Part shown: positions 1 through 8,843 of the stretch, one piece after another
Layout: each line of letters opens with the position of its first letter
Numbering within the stretch: position 1 is the first letter of the stretch
Virus record (IMG/VR): IMGVR_UViG_3300042318_000318
Location: 1-31,067 of that record
Origin: a virus
Lineage: Duplodnaviria > Caudoviricetes
DNA: 31,067 nt
Reading direction: 5' to 3' (one strand)
Notes under the pieces: generated by a model
The model's database searches: none
Told to the model about the DNA's origin: nothing
The model's input: only the letters and a program-made list of their open reading frames with translations
Position numbers and translations under genes: made by a program

Positions 1-693
1 TCTACTATCATTGATGAGTTAATCTATCAATTAGAATTAAAAGCTCCAGGAAACAACCCTGATAACATTTCTTTCTCTACATTCTATACATTTGAAAATG
101 TAGGTGGAACTATCCTTCGTATTACAGGAAAACCATTGACCGTATATGGACAACCTTGTGATATTGCAGCGTTCCCTTTTGAATATGACAGAATGTCTTT
201 CAGAACTTTTGTTTATGCTGGTCCAGCTACTACTGCTGACTTTATTGTTGCAGATCGTTGTAACTTTGTTGCTCAACCTGTGATCACTCAACGTGCTTCA
301 TATTCTACAGGACAAACTGCTGAGATTGCTCAACTAGAGAAAAACTTCTACAGCTACCAAGCTGGTTACTTGAAACACCTTTACAGAATGAACGGTTACA
401 ATGAGAACTTTGAGTCTTGGGTATCTGGTGGTGTTACATATGATACGTACTATATCAAATTCAATGAATATGATAAATCTGCATATCAATGGGGTGATTA
501 CATTATGGAAGATTCTACAGTGATCATCGCTGCTCCAAACTCTGTAACAAGTGGTATTGCTGCTGCAATTGAAACTGTATTAGAAGCTGCTTTAGGAACA
601 GTATTAGATAACAATGCTTGTATTACAACTACAACTACTACATCTAGTGCTCCTGCACCTACTACTACTACAACTTCTACTAACATTCCTTAA
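1..693 (+). CDS. Virion structural protein (5'-truncated), probably crAss-like auxiliary capsid protein, with a Thr-rich C-terminal tail
   Basis: Frame 1 is open from base 1 (STIIDELIYQLELKAPGNNPDN...), so the TTG start at 136 is an artefact. Motifs (GQTAEIAQLEKNFYSYQAGY...TYDTYYIKF...VIIAAP) and position ahead of tail genes recall the gene after the major capsid protein in crAss-like phages. Ends ...CITTTTTTSSAPAPTTTTTSTNIP. Confidence 0.6.
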   Translation, partial: STIIDELIYQLELKAPGNNPDNISFSTFYTFENVGGTILRITGKPLTVYGQPCDIAAFPFEYDRMSFRTFVYAGPATTADFIVADRCNFVAQPVITQRASYSTGQTAEIAQLEKNFYSYQAGYLKHLYRMNGYNENFESWVSGGVTYDTYYIKFNEYDKSAYQWGDYIMEDSTVIIAAPNSVTSGIAAAIETVLEAALGTVLDNNACITTTTTTSSAPAPTTTTTSTNIP

Positions 694-726
694 GGATAAG
701 CAGAAGTAAAATATTATTAAATAACC

Positions 727-778
727 TATGCCAGGGGAAAGAGGATACTACTCATATTCCTCTGGCATATTTATTATA
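727..778 (+). terminator. GC-rich stem-loop after the capsid-module gene (weak terminator or processing/stability hairpin)
   Basis: TATGCCAGGGGAA (727-739) pairs with TTCCTCTGGCATA (757-769), 13 bp with one G-U. Inner GAG/CTC stem. Followed by TTTATTATA. Confidence 0.55.
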
Positions 779-786
779 AAACAAAC

Positions 787-1350
787 ATGGCAAACTTACA
801 ATTAGATATATTAGTAGTACCTACTTATGATGTTAATACTCTTGGTGTTGCAGATGCTTCTGTATATCCTACCAATCCTCCAGTGGTCTCAGCACCATCT
901 ATTGAGATTGAAATACCAGGATTCGGAACCAAGATTTTACCTTTTGTTCCTGACCAATTAAATGTATTTACATCATCTAATTTAGAAATTACAGAGCCTG
1001 GTTGTAATCAACCTCTTCCTGATGGAATATACAGATTAAAATATTCTGTTGCTCCTGCATATGCAAACTATGTGGAGAAAACAATATTACGTGTTGATAG
1101 GCTTCAAGAAAAGTTTGATAGTGCTTTCCTTCAATTAAATATGATGGAGTGCGATAGGGCCCTTAAAACTCAATCTAGCGTAACATTAAATACAATTAAC
1201 TTCTTTATTCAAGGAGCTATTGCAGCAGCTAACAACTGTGCAGAATTCGAATCAAATACATTATATGCTCAGGCAGATAATATGTTAAACAATTTTCTTA
1301 AATCCAACTGTGGTTGTTCAGGTAACAACTACCAATTAAACTTTTATTAA
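787..1350 (+). CDS. Conserved virion protein, putative tail hub/fibre-docking protein (187 aa)
   Basis: Beta-rich N-terminal part with LPDGIY motif, helical C-terminal part ending in CGC. Lies between capsid and fibre genes. A-rich leader AAACAAAC before ATG. Function inferred from context. Confidence 0.5.
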   Translation: MANLQLDILVVPTYDVNTLGVADASVYPTNPPVVSAPSIEIEIPGFGTKILPFVPDQLNVFTSSNLEITEPGCNQPLPDGIYRLKYSVAPAYANYVEKTILRVDRLQEKFDSAFLQLNMMECDRALKTQSSVTLNTINFFIQGAIAAANNCAEFESNTLYAQADNMLNNFLKSNCGCSGNNYQLNFY

Positions 1351-1352
1351 TT

Positions 1353-1448
1353 ATGGCACAATGTTCAAGCTGTGGAGCTAATGTAGGGTGCGGTTGTCAA
1401 TTGACAAACGGAGTGTGTGCAGCATGTGCTGCTAAAGTGAATAAATAA
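1353..1448 (+). CDS. 31-aa Cys-rich microprotein (MAQCSSCGANVGCGCQLTNGVCAACAAKVNK), not in the ORF track
   Basis: ATG at 1353, 2 nt after the upstream stop; TAA at 1446-1448, 10 nt before the next ATG. Fills the intergenic gap. Six Cys as CxxC-x5-CxC-x6-CxxC. Confidence 0.7.
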   Translation: MAQCSSCGANVGCGCQLTNGVCAACAAKVNK

Positions 1449-1458
1449 AATTGATATT

Positions 1459-3267
1459 ATGTTATCACCAAGACTAACGAATTGCCCAGAATGTGCAAAC
1501 ATTCCTTCTTTACTTAAAAAAATAGATTGCAAGTTAGCCGAGCTTGGTAATAGTTTATACAACAATGTTTCATACATGTTGAATCAACCTATACCTGCTG
1601 GTGACATTCTTCAATTAATAGGATATAGAAGGATACTTACTTACAAGTATTGTAATCCTAACTATGTGCATGAATACTCTGTGGCTATGATAGCTAGCAG
1701 AGTTATACGCATTACAGTGGGTTGTGTTAGTAGATGTAATGAACCAGAACGTTGTTTAGAGGATCCTTGTGAGATTGATGTAGTGGCTAATCCTACAACA
1801 ACAAGCACCACTACATTAACAGGTTGTAAATCATATATACTATATAACACTGCAACTTCTGCAGAATCATTCTTGATTGGTAATTGTGATACAGGACAAC
1901 CAGAAACAATAACTTTACAAGGACTATCTAGTGTTTGTATAAGCACAATAGTGGCTCTTAATGTATCACCAAACATTGTAGTGATGAACACAAATGAGTG
2001 TACTACAACTACAACAAGTACAAGTTCTACTAGTAGTACAACAACAAGTACAACCACTATACCATCATCAACTAGCACTACAACTAGTACTAGCTCAAGT
2101 ACAACCACTACTATACCACCAACTACCACTACTACTAGTTCAAGTTCAACTAGCACGTCCACAAGTACAAGCACTAGTACCAGTACATCTACTTCAACAT
2201 CAACTAGTTCAAGTACTACAACTACCACCACTACTGCAATACCAACTACAACAACAACAAGTAGTTCTAGTTCTACCAGTACAACAACTAGTACAAGTAG
2301 CACAACCACTACTACTACTACTGTTGTACCAACTACAACAACTACTACCACTGTTGCACTAGATTGTACATTTACAGGAACTGCTGATGAACTTCCAGAT
2401 ATAACAACCACCACTACAACAACTCGTGTACCTGTGTCAAGAATTTTAGGAACTACAGGAGATAGACCTTTAGATATAACTGTTGATTCATTAGGTAATG
2501 TTTATACAGCAAATTTTTATTCAGACAATGTTAGTAAAATTACTCCTGCTGGAGTTTCTACAATATTAGGAATTTCAATTGTATCTCCTTCTGGAATAAC
2601 TATTGATTCTTCAGATAATCTTTACATTTGTAATACAAATAATAATAGTGTTTTTAAAATTACACCTTCTGGAGTTTCTAATTATTTTGCTCCAACTGGT
2701 AACAATCCATCTAAAATATGTATTGATTCTTCAGGAAACTTATATGTAACAAATCGTACATCTAACAATGTTTCAAAAATCACACCTGGAGGAGTATCTA
2801 CTATTTTAGGTACAACTGGTAACTCCCCACAAGGAATAACTGTTGACGCAATAGGAAATGTTTATACAGCAAATTCTTTATCTAACAATGTTTCAAAAAT
2901 CACACCTGGAGGAACTTCTTCTATTTTAGGAACAACAGGAGTACAGCCTTTTGATATAGTTTTAGATTCTTTAGGTAATGTTTATACTAGCAATATTACT
3001 TCTAGCAATGTTTCAAAAATTACACCTAGTGGAGTATCTACTATTTTATCAACAACTAGTCCTACTCCTGTTGGATTAACAATTGATTCTTCAGGAAATT
3101 TATATGTTACAAGCTTATCTAGTAATAATGTTTCAAAAATAACGCCTTCTGGAGTTAGAACTATTTTAGGAACAACAGGTGTTGATCCAAATGCAATAGT
3201 TTTATTTAATTCAGCTTTGTATATTAGTAATGAAACATCTGATAATGTTACTGAAATAACATTCTAA
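1459..3267 (+). CDS. Modular virion appendage protein: helical Cys-containing N-domain, 4-Cys module, long Thr/Ser stalk, C-terminal 7-blade NHL-type beta-propeller (602 aa)
   Basis: Translation shows a ~117-residue Thr/Ser tract (2002-2352) and seven ~40-aa repeats with consensus PxxIxxDSxGNxYxxNxxSNNVSKITPxG. Confidence 0.75.
   Translation: MLSPRLTNCPECANIPSLLKKIDCKLAELGNSLYNNVSYMLNQPIPAGDILQLIGYRRILTYKYCNPNYVHEYSVAMIASRVIRITVGCVSRCNEPERCLEDPCEIDVVANPTTTSTTTLTGCKSYILYNTATSAESFLIGNCDTGQPETITLQGLSSVCISTIVALNVSPNIVVMNTNECTTTTTSTSSTSSTTTSTTTIPSSTSTTTSTSSSTTTTIPPTTTTTSSSSTSTSTSTSTSTSTSTSTSTSSSTTTTTTTAIPTTTTTSSSSSTSTTTSTSSTTTTTTTVVPTTTTTTTVALDCTFTGTADELPDITTTTTTTRVPVSRILGTTGDRPLDITVDSLGNVYTANFYSDNVSKITPAGVSTILGISIVSPSGITIDSSDNLYICNTNNNSVFKITPSGVSNYFAPTGNNPSKICIDSSGNLYVTNRTSNNVSKITPGGVSTILGTTGNSPQGITVDAIGNVYTANSLSNNVSKITPGGTSSILGTTGVQPFDIVLDSLGNVYTSNITSSNVSKITPSGVSTILSTTSPTPVGLTIDSSGNLYVTSLSSNNVSKITPSGVRTILGTTGVDPNAIVLFNSALYISNETSDNVTEITF
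2443..3264 (+). repeat. Seven tandem ~120-bp repeats encoding NHL-like propeller blades
   Basis: TCTAACAATGTTTCAAAAATCACACCTGGAGGA is identical at 2761 and 2881, with close variants at 2521, 2641, 3001 and 3121 (120-nt period). Confidence 0.9.
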
Positions 3268-3301
3268 TAAATTTATAATAAACTTTTTAAAAATAAATAA
3301 T

Positions 3302-4021
3302 ATGTCTAATTGCTCAAATTGTTATAACGGATGTACAGAGATTGTCTCTGACAGATGTGTTAAATATACAGGAATAAATGTTCCTGTCCTAGGAATCCAA
3401 ACAGGTGATTCATTATCGTTTGTAGAACAATCATTGATTACATTCCTTACATCTGCATTGAATGGTACAGGGATTAATCCTATCATTGATCCTCAGATCA
3501 TTTGTAATTTAGTTCAAGCAAATCTTCCTACTTGTGGGGATCTTTCATTAAATGATATATTATCAGCTCTTATAAAATCTACTTGTGATCTTCAAGAACA
3601 AGTTGATGTTATTGCTGCAGATCTTGCTATATTAAATGCTGATTATAGTATTGGATGCTTATCAGGAGTTACAGCTTCATCAGATACACATGCTATTGTA
3701 CAAGCTATAATTAATAAAGTTTGTCAATTACAAGTTGATTTAATTGCTCTTGCTCTTGACGTCACTACAAACTATGTAAAGTTGGTTGATCTTAATAGTT
3801 TGATTCAATACTATTTATCTGTAGTATCTGGAATCACTACGAACTATTATAATAGAATGGTTCCTTATGTTGTAGAAACTTATTATGGTTCTATATCAGG
3901 ATTTAGTATTACAGGTGTAGGCTCAGGTGTATGGCAAAAAATATATTTATGTAATGGATTAAATGGTACACCAAACTTAACACCTACAGGGGCATATAAT
4001 TATATTCAATACAGACCTTAA
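3302..4021 (+). CDS. Tail fibre-like protein with coiled-coil body and shortened tail-collar-like C-terminus (239 aa)
   Basis: N-terminal CVKYTG..VLGIQTGDSL motif shared with the next two genes; heptad-like helices; C-terminal WQKIYLCNGLNGTPNL resembles the phage tail collar motif WxLCNG..TPDLRG. Confidence 0.6.
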   Translation: MSNCSNCYNGCTEIVSDRCVKYTGINVPVLGIQTGDSLSFVEQSLITFLTSALNGTGINPIIDPQIICNLVQANLPTCGDLSLNDILSALIKSTCDLQEQVDVIAADLAILNADYSIGCLSGVTASSDTHAIVQAIINKVCQLQVDLIALALDVTTNYVKLVDLNSLIQYYLSVVSGITTNYYNRMVPYVVETYYGSISGFSITGVGSGVWQKIYLCNGLNGTPNLTPTGAYNYIQYRP

Positions 4022-4033
4022 TAAATCAATAAG

Positions 4034-5875
4034 ATGGCATATCCTTTTTTACCAGTCAATCCTTGCTGCACAGATGTAGTTATAAATGATCCTTGTGGAT
4101 GTAGCTCTACAATTACTAATAGTGGTTGTAATAGCAATGATCCATGTTCAACAAATTTAACTGCCTCTAGTACTATTGCATATGATGGCCCTGCATTATC
4201 ATGTATAATAGCTGAGCCATGTGATACACTTAATGTAATCTTACAAAAGATTGATGAGATCATATGCAATCTATTAACGCAGATTAATATATTAACTATT
4301 CAAGTTAATAACATCACTACACAGATAATAAACATTGAAGGTGATATAATTAATATTGATAACTCATTAGATGCTTGTTGTAATACTACTACTAGTACTA
4401 CTACAACAGCTGCTATACCTTGTCAAGGTTTTTCATTAAATAACACTTCAGGTGATCCAGTAGCTATAATCGTAGTTGATTGTGCTACAGGATTGCAAAC
4501 AGCTATTATATTACCACCAGGAGAGTCAAATGTTTGTGTTGACACAGGTAGTCCTGTATCAGTTCCTGTAACTGTTATAGTTACACCAACAGGTCCTTGT
4601 ACACCATCAACCACTACAACAACTACTACGTTAGCAATAAATTGTACATTTACTGGAACTGCTGAAGAAATAACATCTACTACAACAACTACTACTACAG
4701 TAGCATTAGATTGTGAATTTACTGGATCTGCTACAGAAGTAACCACCACAACTACTACCACTGCTATTCCTACCACTACAACAACTTCTAGTAGCACTTC
4801 TAGTACAACTAGTTCTACTACAACAGCAGAACCTACAACTACTACAACTTCTAGCAGTACATCTACCAGTACATCAACCAGTACTAGTTCTTCAACAACA
4901 ACTAGCACTACAGCTGTACCTACAACTACAACTACAACATCATTGTGTGTTAGACCTGGAGGATTAGTCACTGTTAGTTATTTTAATACATATACATATG
5001 ATGACATTCAAGTAGATTATACTGGATCATTGTTAGATGCATGTAATGCTTGTAATTTTATAAAAAATAATATAATTGATATACAACAGGAAACTTCTTT
5101 GTTTGGACAAAGTGGATCATTTAATATAGGACAATATGTTTATGCTGGACTAGTTACTGATTGTTTACCTTTAGCTAATGGATTCTATATTACAGATCAT
5201 GAATTTTGTGAAATAGCCGAAATTGTTGATGGTTATATTGTAGATATTACAAATTGTGAAATAATTCCTACAACAACAACAACTAGCACAACATGTAATC
5301 CTGCTGAAACACATGATTATTTTTATCAACCAATAAGAGGAACTAATTTAATTCCTGATTTTATTAGTTCATTAGTGGATGCATGTAGTTCACAAATTTG
5401 TTTACAAAACACTACATGTTCTATAGATTTTTCTTATCTTGTATATTTTAATGTACCAGTTCCTGGAATAGGAGATAGATGTTATTCTTCTACAATAGGA
5501 TGTATAGTAGGATTAGTTAATGATGGATATTATATAATTGATTATAGTGGAACCTATACAATTGTAGAAATAATTGATAGCACAATAGTTAGTTTCCCAA
5601 TATGTTCTACTACAACTACAACAACTACAGTGGCACCTACAACAACAAGTACTACTACATCTACTTCTTCACCACAATGTTATAATGTAGAAGTTTATCC
5701 TCCTGTATTTAACCCAGGAACCTTTCATACAGTAGAATATTTAGATTGTTTAGGAGATCCTCAAACAGTAAATGTTCCTGATGGTGGAAGTATGGTTCCA
5801 ATATGTGCAACAGAAATTACATCAAATAATAATAATGGTGCAACTAATGCTTTACTTACCCCTTGTATAGTATAA
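4034..5875 (+). CDS. Cys-rich, Thr/Ser-stalked modular fibre/appendage protein (613 aa)
   Basis: N-terminal YDGPALSC..DTLNVILQKIDEIIC motif plus coiled coil; two 4-Cys modules, two CxFTGxA motifs, two 'DAC' modules, separated by Thr/Ser tracts. Confidence 0.7.
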   Translation: MAYPFLPVNPCCTDVVINDPCGCSSTITNSGCNSNDPCSTNLTASSTIAYDGPALSCIIAEPCDTLNVILQKIDEIICNLLTQINILTIQVNNITTQIINIEGDIINIDNSLDACCNTTTSTTTTAAIPCQGFSLNNTSGDPVAIIVVDCATGLQTAIILPPGESNVCVDTGSPVSVPVTVIVTPTGPCTPSTTTTTTTLAINCTFTGTAEEITSTTTTTTTVALDCEFTGSATEVTTTTTTTAIPTTTTTSSSTSSTTSSTTTAEPTTTTTSSSTSTSTSTSTSSSTTTSTTAVPTTTTTTSLCVRPGGLVTVSYFNTYTYDDIQVDYTGSLLDACNACNFIKNNIIDIQQETSLFGQSGSFNIGQYVYAGLVTDCLPLANGFYITDHEFCEIAEIVDGYIVDITNCEIIPTTTTTSTTCNPAETHDYFYQPIRGTNLIPDFISSLVDACSSQICLQNTTCSIDFSYLVYFNVPVPGIGDRCYSSTIGCIVGLVNDGYYIIDYSGTYTIVEIIDSTIVSFPICSTTTTTTTVAPTTTSTTTSTSSPQCYNVEVYPPVFNPGTFHTVEYLDCLGDPQTVNVPDGGSMVPICATEITSNNNNGATNALLTPCIV

Positions 5876-5889
5876 AATAATAAATAAAA

Positions 5890-7113
5890 ATGGCTAACTG
5901 CTCTAATATAAACAATACAACAATAAAAGGAACGAGTGCTTTCATATATGATGGCACTCCACTTCCTTGTACAGATATAAAAACTTGTGATGACTTAAAT
6001 ACAATCTTAGCTAAGTTAGATACTGTTGTATGTAATGTTACAGCTAGTGTAGATATACTTAAAGAAGAGGTAACAAATATCACTGAGGATGTAATGATTA
6101 TAGGAGAAGATATTATTAGAATTAATAATCAGCTTAATATATGTTGTCCAACAACCACTACGACCACCACATTATTTGATTGTAACTTTACTGGAACTGC
6201 TAATCAACTTCCAGATCCTACAACAACTACCACTAGTTCTACCAGCACTTCTACTAGCACTTCTACTAGTACATCAACTAGTTCTACCACAACAACTACA
6301 ACCACTTTAAGTTGTCAGTTAGCAGGAAATGGAGTTATAACTGTACCACCTACATCAACTACTACTACTACTACAACATGTCCATGTTATGTTTATGATA
6401 TTGTAGTAGGTCCAATTGATGTAGCAGCAGGAGGAATTGAAGTTCAATCTATTCAATGTAGTGGTGCTTATAATGTAAGACCAATTTCATTAGAAGGTAC
6501 ATTTACTACATGTGTAAAATCAGGAGAGAGTCCTATAATATATAGACAAGACCCTTCACCAATTGAAGATTCAACAATAACAATAACTAGTGAGTGTTGT
6601 ACATCACCACCATATACTTGTTTAGCATATGAAATAAATCCTCCTGTAGATTTTGGAGATCCAATACATGTTGTAGAATATGTAGATTGTGTTCAAAATA
6701 TTCCACTTAGTGTATCGATAGCTTATTTAGGTATTCAACAAACTATATGTGCATCAAGTATAATAAGTGACAGCAATCCTACACTTACAAGTATGTCAGG
6801 ATCGTGCTCTACAACTACCACAACTACCACTACATCTGGTCCTGTTGCAATAACAATGACCCTATTAGGTAGTGAGACTAATTTAGCAGCTTGTGCATCA
6901 ATTACTGCTGGACTTGATCTAATAACAACAAGATATGCTACAAGCTCTTATCTTAATCCTGGTCAGACAATATATGATGGACCTGGATTAACTAACCCTA
7001 CTACATTTATAGTTCCTACATATTATGGTTATACTATCACACCAGGTCCAACATATGCTTGGATATATGTTGGTACAGATGGGGTTGTAATAAATTCAGG
7101 ATATTGTATATAA
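5890..7113 (+). CDS. Cys-rich, Thr/Ser-stalked modular fibre/appendage protein (407 aa)
   Basis: N-terminal YDGTPLPC..DDLNTILAKLDTVVC motif paralogous to the 613-aa protein; CNFTGTA and LSCQLAGNGVITVPP motifs; two Cys modules; C-terminal DAC-like module. Confidence 0.7.
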   Translation: MANCSNINNTTIKGTSAFIYDGTPLPCTDIKTCDDLNTILAKLDTVVCNVTASVDILKEEVTNITEDVMIIGEDIIRINNQLNICCPTTTTTTTLFDCNFTGTANQLPDPTTTTTSSTSTSTSTSTSTSTSSTTTTTTTLSCQLAGNGVITVPPTSTTTTTTTCPCYVYDIVVGPIDVAAGGIEVQSIQCSGAYNVRPISLEGTFTTCVKSGESPIIYRQDPSPIEDSTITITSECCTSPPYTCLAYEINPPVDFGDPIHVVEYVDCVQNIPLSVSIAYLGIQQTICASSIISDSNPTLTSMSGSCSTTTTTTTTSGPVAITMTLLGSETNLAACASITAGLDLITTRYATSSYLNPGQTIYDGPGLTNPTTFIVPTYYGYTITPGPTYAWIYVGTDGVVINSGYCI

Positions 7114-7143
7114 TTAAACTAATAATAATAATAATAAAATAAC

Positions 7144-8337
7144 ATGACAACATTAATAACATTGGTATTACCAATCGGTGGGGACGCTGGTCCTTTCAAT
7201 CTTTCTTCAAATGTAGGTGGATATACTCCACCATTTGAAACAAATGTATCTGCATCAGCTTTACAAGCTGGATACACAACATCTGCTGTTCCTGATGGAA
7301 CAACTATAATTAGAGTGACCTCTGTAGGTGTATGTACAAATTCTATTGATATAACAGTTGGTTTAACACCAACCACTACCACTACAAGTAGTTCTAGTAC
7401 AAGTACAACAACTAGTAGTAGTTCTACTTCTACAAGTACATCAAGTAGTACAACAACATCTGTTCCTACAACAACTACAACAACAACATGTGCTTGTTTA
7501 TATGGAACAGTAACTATAGATCAAGTTGATATTGATGCTTCTGATGATGGTACAGTTTATGTACAATATCAAGATTGTGATGGGCATGGTTTCTGTGATC
7601 CAGAAACACCTTGTGTTGGAGGAGTACCTTATACAGTAGCAGGTGTTTATCCAAATGATATATGTATTCTTAATACTTCAACTCCAAATTGTCCTATAAG
7701 TATTTATATTATAACAGGAGGATTATGTAATATAAGTGAAGGTGGTTCTACTGTAACATTAGGAGGATGTTGTACTGAGTTTACAACAACAACAACTACT
7801 ACAGTGGCTCCAACAACTACCACCACTACAACAGAAGCACCTCCAGTTGAGTGTAACTGTCAAACAGTTACTTGGGTTAACCCAGGAACACCAACTTGGA
7901 CAGGTATAACAAATTTCAAATATAGAAATTGTGAAGGAGTATTAACAGATGGTTCTACAAATGAACTTGGACCAAATAATGTTTGTGCTCAAGATGGTAG
8001 TATCGTAATTACTCCAGCTCCTGATGGTGATGGTTCAGCTACTTATGATTTAGCAGATGTTCCTTGTTGTTCAACAATAACTACAACTACTACCGCAACA
8101 CCTGTAGTTGGAACTTGTACACAATATAGCGTTGATATAACTACTGCATGTGAAACAACTCCTGGTCTTGCTTCAATAGCATTTATAAATTGTTCTGGAA
8201 ATCCTGCAACTCTTGAGCTTCCTGTAGCTGGTCTTGAGCAACCGTTCTGTGCATTAGCAGGTGAAGGTATTTTGCCTCCTTTTATTACATGTGGAGGTGG
8301 TGAATCTTTTAACATTCTTGGACCATGTCCAGAATAA
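7144..8337 (+). CDS. Modular appendage protein: N-terminal 'GPFN' beta domain, Thr/Ser stalks, three Cys-rich modules (397 aa)
   Basis: N-terminal 72 aa align with the N-termini of the 8361 and 18857 ORFs; 23 Cys and one Lys counted. Confidence 0.7.
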   Translation: MTTLITLVLPIGGDAGPFNLSSNVGGYTPPFETNVSASALQAGYTTSAVPDGTTIIRVTSVGVCTNSIDITVGLTPTTTTTSSSSTSTTTSSSSTSTSTSSSTTTSVPTTTTTTTCACLYGTVTIDQVDIDASDDGTVYVQYQDCDGHGFCDPETPCVGGVPYTVAGVYPNDICILNTSTPNCPISIYIITGGLCNISEGGSTVTLGGCCTEFTTTTTTTVAPTTTTTTTEAPPVECNCQTVTWVNPGTPTWTGITNFKYRNCEGVLTDGSTNELGPNNVCAQDGSIVITPAPDGDGSATYDLADVPCCSTITTTTTATPVVGTCTQYSVDITTACETTPGLASIAFINCSGNPATLELPVAGLEQPFCALAGEGILPPFITCGGGESFNILGPCPE

Positions 8338-8360
8338 TATAAACCAATAAATAAAATAAT

Positions 8361-8843
8361 ATGACAGCATTAATAACATTAACAGTTGCTGGGGCTGATA
8401 CAGGCCCCTTCAACCTGTATTCAAACTTAGATGGATATCTCATTCCATTTGAAACAGGAGTATCTAGAGCAGCATTGCTAGCAGGATATTCCACTTCACT
8501 TGTACCTGACTATACAACAACCGTTAGAATACTTTCTATAGGGGCGTGTCTTACAGATGTTAATGTAGTGCTAACTACACCAACATCATCAACAACAACT
8601 AGTTCTACTTCTAGTACAAGTTCTACTTCTAGTACAACCACAACTACCACTACATTAGTTTGTAGTGAATATATTTTAATTGGCCCTGGTGTTTCAGGAG
8701 AAGATAGATATGTAGATTATATAGATTGTGCAGGACAACCAGGTATGGAAACAGCTTATGACTATCAAAATATAGCTTTTTGTGCAAGTAGCATAACTGG
8801 TGGAGATGGAAGTGTTAGTTATATTGGTCCTTGTGGTGCATGA
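8361..8843 (+). CDS. Minimal modular appendage protein: 'GPFN' domain, Thr/Ser stalk, one 4-Cys module (160 aa)
   Basis: Paralogous N-terminus to 7144..8337. Only gene in the window ending in TGA; the stop overlaps the next ATG (ATGA at 8840-8843). Confidence 0.7.
   Translation: MTALITLTVAGADTGPFNLYSNLDGYLIPFETGVSRAALLAGYSTSLVPDYTTTVRILSIGACLTDVNVVLTTPTSSTTTSSTSSTSSTSSTTTTTTTLVCSEYILIGPGVSGEDRYVDYIDCAGQPGMETAYDYQNIAFCASSITGGDGSVSYIGPCGA

Noticed and set aside
2443-3264. Regularly spaced ~30-bp repeats as a CRISPR array or DGR template/variable repeat
   Set aside because: The period is 120 bp, in frame and protein-coding; the intervening sequences are homologous; differences are not adenine-specific; no cas or reverse transcriptase gene is in the window.
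7121-7137. (AAT)5 microsatellite upstream of the 397-aa gene as a phase-variation switch
   Set aside because: It is short, and similar A-rich leaders precede most genes here, as expected for Shine-Dalgarno-independent initiation in Bacteroidota.
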